Positions 50,632 through 59,407 of a DNA stretch of 64,000 nucleotides are shown in pieces. The notes beneath the pieces are model-generated. The model was not told where the DNA came from and ran no database searches. It worked only from the letters and a program-made list of their open reading frames with translations. The position numbers and the translations under genes are program-made. This stretch comes from a virus (taxonomy: Duplodnaviria > Caudoviricetes). The stretch lies in the IMG/VR virus record IMGVR_UViG_3300035498_000745, positions 1 to 64,000 of that record, one strand, 5' to 3'. Positions within the stretch are counted from its first letter, which is position 1; every line of letters begins with the position of its first letter.

Positions 50632-53034
50632 TTAGCCTTCATCATTACCCTGTATAGATTCAGGATTACTAACTACATCATTTGTATATTCCTGTCTAGC
50701 CTCATTCTCAAGATTCTTAATAATATCCATTTTCAGATATGATCCTAAATGATATATCTTAAGCTTCTTGATAAATGATGCTTTTATGGCATCATTAGGC
50801 TCATCAGCCATAATAATATTTGCTACATTCTCACAATAATCATTAGTATTAACAATCAACTGGTTTGTATTGGTAACGTTAATGAATAATGGAGGAGGCA
50901 ATACAACTTTAATCTGATCACTTGAAGAGAATTCCATATCATATATCTTAGTCAATAATGGTTGAATTGCAGTTTCAAATTTAGATTGACGACCATATAC
51001 AAATCTTAAGAATTTTGAATTACTCATTGTAAGCTGCATTGCATACTCTGGAGATTGTCTATTCTGAATAATCTCAATTGGTACTCCGGTTACATTGATA
51101 GCTGACTCTTCAAGAATATTAAGAAGTTCAGTTTTAATCTCTATCTGCTGACCCTGCATCACTTCAAATTCTATTGGAGATTGACCATCTGCTCCTCTAG
51201 GAATAATATAATCATTAAATCTTCCTGTAACGTTAAGTACTGAATTAATATTCTCTACCTGACGAATACCAAAGTTAGATTTCTTAATCTCATTAATAGT
51301 CTTAAGCAATGTCTTAGATATATTAGTATCAACAGATTGCCTTACATAATATACTCTCTTATCATTGCCTCTAGTCATAATAGCTAAACAGTTTGTAATA
51401 TAAATTGCTACCCACAATTTAGCAGGAATTAATGAAAGACTAAGATCTGAAATCCCTCTGCCAGTATCTTCATCAAGTTTGAAATAAATATGATGGATAT
51501 CTTCTGGTGGGATATATGATACTCTAATACTATTATGCATTGCTGCTGCCTGATTAAAATCATCATTATATTTTAAGATATAATAGATCTCTTTCTTAAG
51601 ATCTTGATTAGCATTAATAAACTGATGATCAATCTTATCAGCTAACTGAGTGGCAATACTTCTAAGAAGTTCTTCTCTTCTTTGCATTGTATCAAAATTC
51701 TCATCTCTGTTAGTATTCATCAATCCAGTAATAGTATTAACCATTCCAGTAGTAGTATATCTTTCATCAAATATACCCTGATTATTATCAAATTCAAAAT
51801 AATAATAGCCTAAACAAATATCATTTAAAACTATAGGAGTTACTCTCTCGCGCTTTAATTTCTTAACTATACACCCGTTGATGTTGGCAATCTTCTTTTT
51901 TTGTTTCTGTGAATTTACAAGTCCATCAGCTGACGGATCAGAAGTGTTAGGGAGCTCCAAATTATCATCAAGTGTATGATCAAAATTATGATGCACTGGT
52001 AATCTACCATTATATTCAGCATCATGATCAATAGTATCATTAAACTTATATGGTCTTCCATCATTTCTAATATCTATAGTCTCAGCTTCAGATAATGGAA
52101 TTCTTCCTTCATCCAATGCTGTTTCTGCAAAATATTGTTCTGTTAAAGATTCTTTAGCAACCTGAGTACGCTTTTCTCTAACCATCTTTTCAGTTTCTAC
52201 AATAGAAGATATAATTCCATTTTCAAATGTTACATCTAGATTATACCCATTATTACTAGACTCAGATAAATTATATCCATTTGGTAAATTGATTCTTTCT
52301 GTACCATTATCTGACTCCATAATTATACAGTTTTCTCTATAATTAGTATTAAAACTAACTCCCTGAGAAGAGTACTTAGTGTCCATAAGTTTCTGTATAG
52401 CTTTGGTATATGGAACACAATATACAAAAACTTCACCATATTTTGAAGTCTCATAATATATATCATTAACGAATTCCAATAAATCATATCTCTCTTTAAG
52501 CTCATCCACATTACGAGAGAATTGTGCAGAATCTCTATCAGAGATACTGAATGATGATTCTATATTAAGATAATCTTTTGAGAAACTATCGGACGATAAT
52601 ACATTATCTCTTATAGTTTGTAATGCTTCTTCAAGCTTAGGCATATACTTAAGCACTTCATCAATTTCTTGATCTATAGCTCTTACCCATCTATTATCCA
52701 GATAGGAATTAGCAATATTATTTACAAAATCATTATCTCCAAAGATTTTCTCAAACTCACTTACAGTTCCAGGATCATTCTGTGTTTTTAATAACAATCT
52801 CTCATATAGTTTAGATATATTAGGCTCACCTATATTATCAGAATTAGTATCCATTATTGATTTAATAGAACTAGAAATATCTGACTTAAGTGATTGTAAT
52901 TGCTGTTTATTTGTAGGATCTGAATAGTATGTGGATCTATATAAGCTACTTATATTATCTTGAGATCTATTTGCAAGTCTATTGATTAAACCAAATTGAA
53001 TTGGTTTTTTATCTTGCTTATTATTCTTAGCCAT
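50632..53034 (-). CDS. Portal protein (T4 gp20-like)
   Basis: TRG.DKRVYYV, DYIIPRG, IEFEVMQGQ, TGVP; late promoter 53057-53068. Confidence 0.75.
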   Translation of the reverse strand: MAKNNKQDKKPIQFGLINRLANRSQDNISSLYRSTYYSDPTNKQQLQSLKSDISSSIKSIMDTNSDNIGEPNISKLYERLLLKTQNDPGTVSEFEKIFGDNDFVNNIANSYLDNRWVRAIDQEIDEVLKYMPKLEEALQTIRDNVLSSDSFSKDYLNIESSFSISDRDSAQFSRNVDELKERYDLLEFVNDIYYETSKYGEVFVYCVPYTKAIQKLMDTKYSSQGVSFNTNYRENCIIMESDNGTERINLPNGYNLSESSNNGYNLDVTFENGIISSIVETEKMVREKRTQVAKESLTEQYFAETALDEGRIPLSEAETIDIRNDGRPYKFNDTIDHDAEYNGRLPVHHNFDHTLDDNLELPNTSDPSADGLVNSQKQKKKIANINGCIVKKLKRERVTPIVLNDICLGYYYFEFDNNQGIFDERYTTTGMVNTITGLMNTNRDENFDTMQRREELLRSIATQLADKIDHQFINANQDLKKEIYYILKYNDDFNQAAAMHNSIRVSYIPPEDIHHIYFKLDEDTGRGISDLSLSLIPAKLWVAIYITNCLAIMTRGNDKRVYYVRQSVDTNISKTLLKTINEIKKSNFGIRQVENINSVLNVTGRFNDYIIPRGADGQSPIEFEVMQGQQIEIKTELLNILEESAINVTGVPIEIIQNRQSPEYAMQLTMSNSKFLRFVYGRQSKFETAIQPLLTKIYDMEFSSSDQIKVVLPPPLFINVTNTNQLIVNTNDYCENVANIIMADEPNDAIKASFIKKLKIYHLGSYLKMDIIKNLENEARQEYTNDVVSNPESIQGNDEG

Positions 53035-53116
53035 GATCTTACCTCCTTTAATAATTTATTTTGATGTTTTTGCATATAGAATAAAGTGATGGAGGCCAAT
53101 AAGACCTCCATCATAA

Positions 53117-53758
53117 TTAGAAAACGTTTAAATACGGTATATAAATAGACACTAAAAATTTAGGTTTTTTAACTTTAAAATTGGCTATAAATGTATGTGG
53201 CATTTGCCCATCACATACTCTAAGATAAATCTTATCATTCTTATTAAGTGGTAATAATCCACTAAATAAAGTCATATAATATCTGTTTTTAAATCTATAA
53301 TGAATAGTTCCATCTGTCTTTCTCATAGAATATAATTGTAATAAATCCGATGTTACTTCCTCTTCTACTTTAGAAAACATATTCATCTTATGCTCTATTT
53401 CTTCTATATAGTTTAATCTAGAATATATATTCTTATTTAGCATAGCATCTATATTAATATTCAATTCTACAGCTCCTACAGTAGTATGAAATACATTATT
53501 TGGATTCATTGTATCAACTACAAATTTAGATTCTGTAGTTATAGATTTTATAAATTTAGATAACTCTCTTTGATCAAATACTAGCGGTACTAAACAAACA
53601 TTAGACATCTTTGTTGGGTCTAATTTTGTTTTTATTGCGTATATGTCCATGTTATCTAATCCTATGATAGTGTTATCAATAAGAGCAAAGTGCCTATTTT
53701 TAAGACACTTTGCTGCTTCATTTATATAAACCAAATCGCTAATTGTTAGTTCTATCAT
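53117..53758 (-). CDS. Hypothetical protein translationally coupled to the DNA polymerase N-subunit
   Basis: 213 aa, overlaps polymerase stop by 20 nt. Confidence 0.65.
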   Translation of the reverse strand: MIELTISDLVYINEAAKCLKNRHFALIDNTIIGLDNMDIYAIKTKLDPTKMSNVCLVPLVFDQRELSKFIKSITTESKFVVDTMNPNNVFHTTVGAVELNINIDAMLNKNIYSRLNYIEEIEHKMNMFSKVEEEVTSDLLQLYSMRKTDGTIHYRFKNRYYMTLFSGLLPLNKNDKIYLRVCDGQMPHTFIANFKVKKPKFLVSIYIPYLNVF

Positions 53759-56278
53759 TCCAAATCTCCTTTAAATTAATCTTAGGCATAATATCTACTC
53801 TTACACACATATTTCTATTAACACTATTATCTACAATAGAACACATTACTCTATTTTGAGTATTAATAACAGTATGATACATAAATCTATTACCTGTAAG
53901 AGTATCAGCATATCTAAATCTAGATAATGGATTTTCTATTGTTGAGAAATATTTGATTATATCATCATACATTTCTTCATAATTGGCAAGATGTAGATAT
54001 CTATGGCAGAAATTCAATCTGTCACCACAAATAAGATCTTCCATAAACCAAACTGAACGATCAAAATATGGATTATTAAATCTATCTTCCTTATTATCTA
54101 ATTTTTCTGGTAATAAAACTTTACCTCTCATTGTATTTGGAGCTATATTATTCTCATTAATAATAGAAGGATAAAGAGCTTTATACATTGTCTTCACATA
54201 GGTCGTTAATCTATGCAGTTCTCTTATGAACTTCCTTAGTATTTCTCTAAGAGTTGAGACTATATCATCATCCTTAGCTTTACCTATTAGGATGCTCTTC
54301 CACTTTGATTTAAAGGGTTCTCACCTACCTACTTAGGCCCTACTCCTGTTGCTGAATTTCACAGCCCATAATGGGGATAGTCGTTGAACTTTATTCTAAA
54401 ATATATAATTAGATGAAATATTAGTATAGTATTTTCTTGTTATTTTATAATAATCATATATAGAGTCTACAACAGATTTATCTAAATCAATTATAATTTC
54501 ATCATGCATCAAATTTAAAGTTGTCACTATAACATTGTTTTTATATCTTTTAGCTATAAGAATCGCCTCCTTATAACTAATATTTCATCTTTTTTAGAAT
54601 CTTAGACGCTGATTGCACATTGTACAAATCCTTAGGACCAACTATTTCTAATTGGCTTTTATTTCACCTTAGATCATCTCTCTACTTGTTTCTGATTTTC
54701 ATCTCCATATAGGCAAGAGAGCTTTAGCACTTCCCAGCTATTCAAAAGAGTTACATCCTCAGTATTACTACTAAAAACGGACTATAATTAATCAAAATCG
54801 TCAAGATTATCACATATATTTATAGCTTTACCATTTACTTTATTCTTAGGTTTATCGCTTACTAATAATGGATCAGCTACATATGCTCCAGCAAATCCTT
54901 CTTTTTCATTAGATTTATTTACATTATTACCCATAATATAACCCATATTATAGAAATCCATAATTCCTCGATTTACTAAATAAGTTGTCTGCCTATGGAT
55001 TTTAGCATATCTAGTTCCTACATTTAGCGATTTACTGAATACAAAATCTATATCACCAACTATATGCTCAATACATAACTGAACTATTGTATCCATAACG
55101 TTATAAAATACAAATGTTTTATAATCTAAATATGGAAGTTCAGTAATATTTCTAGTAATATGAGAATAATCTAATTTTCTTACTTCAGCAATTGCATCAC
55201 CAACAAAATCAAGTTTATAGCTAGTAATTTTACCTTTCTTCTCACCTTTACGTCTAGAAGCAAATGTAATTAACTGATCCATATAAACTGTATATGATGA
55301 TACTAAAGCATAATCACCTCTAGCTTCAAACATTTGAGCTCTCTTATCTATGAAATAGTAACAATCTTTTACTTTAAAATCAGGATCACATACTATTTCA
55401 TTTGGATCATATCCTAATCTAGCAATACGAGCAATTATATATGGTAAGTCGAACGCTATATTCCATGCTAATGCAAAATCCGGTCTAGTTTTATTTATAT
55501 ACTTAAACATATCACGAATAAGCATTATCTCTTCATCATAAAATACAATACTATATTCAAATTCATCTAATCCATATAACTTTTCTTTCTTCCATCCTCC
55601 TACATTTTCTTTAACAAATTCTTTTAGATCTTTTGTTATATCTGGTATTCTGGAGAATTCTTCTATTAATGGATTATTATAATTTTTCAATAGAAGAGTA
55701 TATATCATTTTATTATATTCATCTACTAAAGTTATAGCATTTATCGGGCACTCTCCTGGCTCTGGAAAATCTCCTATCATATCTTTAGTATCAACCTCAA
55801 TATCGAAATATAATTTTGTTGGAGAATATGATTCATTCCTATAAGTTTTATTAAATTCTATCCTATAGAAATCTTCTATATTCATATCAGCATTAAATAT
55901 CTTAGGAATAGTATAAAGTTTTTCATTCTCTCTATAATTCCCATTACTAATATTATCATAAAAGAAATCCAGATTATCAGTTTTTTCAGCTATACTTTTT
56001 AATACATCTCTATATTTGCAAGTTACTGGATGCACACTATCTTTATCTATGAATAACATATTATGAGTTACCTGAACATCATCATTTGCAATATAGTAAG
56101 TATACGTCGGTTCTTCTATATGCTCAAATTTTTTCTCTCCAGTATCTAAATCTCTAAATACAATATCTATAGAATCTTTTCCATATTTGCCGGTTTCTGG
56201 ATCTTTTTTGCTTTTATGATATATTGTATTTATAATAGTTATATTACTGCCTGGTTCATATCCTTTAACCCTAAACAT
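53739..56278 (-). CDS. Family B DNA polymerase, N-terminal subunit: 3'-5' exonuclease plus motif A (spliced, ~644 aa)
   Basis: Exons 56278-54791 and 54185-53739 join as DDFD-YKALYPS; ExoI FDIEVD, ExoII AWNIAFDLPY, SYKLD, ExoIII YNVMD. Confidence 0.9.
54186..54790 (-). mobile_element. Group I intron 6 inserted in polymerase motif A
   Basis: P1 GAU|UA-AUUA-UAGUC with U.G, conserved core, terminal GAAGACAATG. Confidence 0.92.
54396..54557 (-). pseudogene. 53-codon ORF remnant in intron 6 loop
   Basis: AAGGAGG RBS followed by ATA instead of ATG; same loop position as the endonuclease ORFs of sibling introns. Confidence 0.5.
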
Positions 56279-56364
56279 AAACAACCTCCATTTCCATATA
56301 AATTTATTAATATTCTTCAATTAATTAGATGTGTTTTAAACTTTATATTTAGAAACATTTGATT

Positions 56365-56614
56365 AATAGCGAATATAATTATTGCCTGGATAAATTTATT
56401 CGCTATGCATACTGCTAATTTGTTGATTTTCGCATTTGCAAAACCTTTTGTGTCATTAGATAATTGCTAATTGTTCTGGACGAATCATTTGTTTAAGTTA
56501 AGTGACTCCGCACTTAACACTCCTTTCTAAAACTTACGTTTTTAGTTGAATTGAAATAGTTTCGCGCTACAAAATTACTCCTCATATTACCTAGGGCTAC
56601 AGGCGGCCCTAGGT
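56365..56614 (+). ncRNA. Candidate small RNA (~250 nt)
   Basis: Late promoter 56354-56365, several hairpins, CUCCU motifs, closing hairpin 56589-56614, no ORF with RBS. Confidence 0.45.
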
Positions 56615-56675
56615 TATATGCTCGTTTTGCAATCTATAAACATGGAATATAAATAATTAATATGGAGGTGGACTT

Positions 56676-57605
56676 ATGCCTAAGAAAGGTACTGATGTTG
56701 GATTTAATGTAAAATCATTTGTTACTGGTTCTGAAGAGTGTAAAGACCATACTATTAATGGGACTAATATGGTTGTTGTATCAGAGCAGTTACCAGCAGA
56801 AAAAAAGACTAGAAAAAAGAAAGAAACTACAGTAGTTGCAAATCCTGCTACTGCTGTTCCTCAAACTAGTATGTCATATATACAGGATAATATTCCTTAT
56901 GCTACAGCATACCAAGAGACAAATCAACAGCTTGATGAAGCTATTACTCAGCTTAATTATTTAGCCGGTGAATTGACTGCTGATTTGCAACAGGTAAGAT
57001 CATCTAAGACTCTTAGGAACAAATATAACTATATTAATGATATGACAGAAACTACAGCATCTATTATTAGTTCTAAGATTAATGCAATTAAAGAAAAAAA
57101 TAAGACAATAAATGATGTAAATCATCTTGAAATTGCACGTATGAAGGAGCTTAAATCTATTGCTAATGAGGAAGATGATAACTCTAGAATTGCTAATATG
57201 TATGATGCATTTGTAAATACACCAATTGGTGCTGGACCTAACGTATTGGGACCATCTATGCAACAAATCATTATGCCAGACTATTCTGATTTGAATAGGG
57301 TTTCTTTGGGCAATGATCAGGCTGCATGGGAACAAAGTTTAAACCCTGCTGAGAATAGGATGGTTCTTGAAGCTAAGGGGACTATAGAAACAGTTGTAAT
57401 GTATGATGCTCAGACTGGCAATAGATGGTTTGAGGTTTTAGATAAGAATACTAGAGAACCAGTTCCTAATGTAGAAAAACCTAATGATGATTATATATAT
57501 GAATTAGATATTAATCAACGTGGAGGATTTGCTAAGGATTCTAATAGGAATACAATATACCCTCTTATAGTGATTAATAATGGACCAGACATGTCAGAAT
57601 ATTAA
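56676..57605 (+). CDS. Hypothetical protein with coiled-coil centre
   Basis: 309 aa, GGAGGTG RBS, terminator 57616-57641. Confidence 0.7.
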   Translation: MPKKGTDVGFNVKSFVTGSEECKDHTINGTNMVVVSEQLPAEKKTRKKKETTVVANPATAVPQTSMSYIQDNIPYATAYQETNQQLDEAITQLNYLAGELTADLQQVRSSKTLRNKYNYINDMTETTASIISSKINAIKEKNKTINDVNHLEIARMKELKSIANEEDDNSRIANMYDAFVNTPIGAGPNVLGPSMQQIIMPDYSDLNRVSLGNDQAAWEQSLNPAENRMVLEAKGTIETVVMYDAQTGNRWFEVLDKNTREPVPNVEKPNDDYIYELDINQRGGFAKDSNRNTIYPLIVINNGPDMSEY

Positions 57606-57645
57606 AATAAATTTAATAGGCTACCATTTCTGGTAGCCTATATAA

Positions 57646-58626
57646 TTATTCTTTTTGAGAAATTATAACATCAATTATCTTATTGATGGTTTCTTTTGTT
57701 AATGATGCTCCAGCAGCTTTATCATGACCTCCGCCACCAAATCTATAAGCTATATCTGTACCGAGATGTATACTATCTTTAATAGTTCTAAATTCTAATG
57801 TAAATCTTTTCATGTTTATGCATATCACATAATCAAGATTTCTATTCTCTTCACAGATTCTTGAACATACAACAGATACATATGAATTGCCAAAATAGAT
57901 ACCTACATTTAACCCGTCAATTTTCTTACAAATCATGTTGTATATGGCATCATTATAAGCCCTATCTTCTGCATCAAATGCTGCTTTTATAATTTTTGTA
58001 TGCTCTAAAGTAAATAACGGAAATAAAGTTGAATCGTCTGCTAAGTAATCTGTTTCCATCTGATACATAAATTCTTCTCTATCCATATTCATGAATAAAT
58101 AATTAAGAGCTTTTGCAGCATACTTATAATTATTATCATCTGTAAGTTTTTTGAATTCAAATGTATCCCATAACCTTACAGTACTTACAAATCTTTTTAC
58201 AGCATCTGGTGCCCAATTTGTATTTACATACAATTTTTCTGCAAGTAATGATGCTCCACATGTTAAATATTCAGCTCCCTTAGTATTATGATCTATACAA
58301 ACATCAGCCCAATTATATTTATTAAGATATAAAGCAGTCTTATGATGATCTAAAAGATGAAGATCAATATTATGATCATAATGATAGTTATCTAAGGTAA
58401 TTGCAGTTTCTTTGCTTACAGAAATATCAGTGATATACATTATAGATCCATCTTCTACATTATTACAGTTTATAAGATCTAATACTTTTTTATCTATATC
58501 ATTGTAGTTGCAAAACTGTGTGTTCAAGATATAATCATTTCTGTAATTACTAATAAATTTATGTAACAGTATAGCACACGCTACACCATCAAGATCAGTA
58601 TGGGTAAAAAGATAAATCTGTTTCAT
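57646..58626 (-). CDS. DHH/DHHA1 phosphoesterase
   Basis: HTDLDG, ITD, LLDHH, GGGGH..AAG. Confidence 0.9.
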   Translation of the reverse strand: MKQIYLFTHTDLDGVACAILLHKFISNYRNDYILNTQFCNYNDIDKKVLDLINCNNVEDGSIMYITDISVSKETAITLDNYHYDHNIDLHLLDHHKTALYLNKYNWADVCIDHNTKGAEYLTCGASLLAEKLYVNTNWAPDAVKRFVSTVRLWDTFEFKKLTDDNNYKYAAKALNYLFMNMDREEFMYQMETDYLADDSTLFPLFTLEHTKIIKAAFDAEDRAYNDAIYNMICKKIDGLNVGIYFGNSYVSVVCSRICEENRNLDYVICINMKRFTLEFRTIKDSIHLGTDIAYRFGGGGHDKAAGASLTKETINKIIDVIISQKE

Positions 58627-58655
58627 ATATAGTCCTCCATTATAATTTTAAGTTA

Positions 58656-59366
58656 TTAATTATTTTTAGTGTCACTTACTTCATTTTCATCAGTAGTCTC
58701 AGTCTCACTAGAATAATTTCTAGCAATATAGTCCTTAAGGAACATCAAATATTCTTCTGATAATGTCTGGAACTTGATGACATGTCTAAGATTGAGCTTA
58801 TCAATATGATCATTAATAAATTGCTCAGAGATTACTTGATGAACTGAGATTGCATTCCAATCCAATTCTACATTTTCAGATGCTAATAGAGATATAAATC
58901 CTTCAGTTAACTTCTGTTCTCTACATACAAGTCCCCAATCAATATCATCAATGTGTTCAAGCATAAATGTTTCACTTACATGCTGATTCTTAATTATCTG
59001 ATTCCAGTCCATATTGTCACAATATTTTTTAATAAATTCTTCAGACAATGTGTTATTGCTATTAGCAATAACAAAAAGATCTACCTTATCAATATTATCC
59101 ATAATAAAATCCTCAGATAATTTCTGGAATCTGGATATCTTGTTCCAGTCTACAGTATTTGCATTTTTAGAGATAAACGATTCACTTAAAGTTTGATACT
59201 GGCATACTTTGGAAATATTAATATTACTATAGAAGTTAGCAATAATTTCTTCTGGGATTTCATAATTTTCTATTAATGAATCCCAATTAAGTGTGTCAGA
59301 TATCGCCATAAAAAATTTGTAATATGGGTAATATCTACTCTGATTATCACCACTGAAACAATTCAT
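58656..59366 (-). CDS. Tryptophan-repeat protein
   Basis: ~22-aa repeats W..IS..Q.LSE.FI....D. Confidence 0.8.
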   Translation of the reverse strand: MNCFSGDNQSRYYPYYKFFMAISDTLNWDSLIENYEIPEEIIANFYSNINISKVCQYQTLSESFISKNANTVDWNKISRFQKLSEDFIMDNIDKVDLFVIANSNNTLSEEFIKKYCDNMDWNQIIKNQHVSETFMLEHIDDIDWGLVCREQKLTEGFISLLASENVELDWNAISVHQVISEQFINDHIDKLNLRHVIKFQTLSEEYLMFLKDYIARNYSSETETTDENEVSDTKNN

Positions 59367-59407
59367 AATATTTACCTCCTTAATTGTTTTTACTTGACTG
59401 TTTCATT

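Noticed and set aside
36602-54790. Trans-splicing joining the two polymerase genes
   Set aside because: Both introns are complete with their own downstream exons, and each gene has its own RBS and stop
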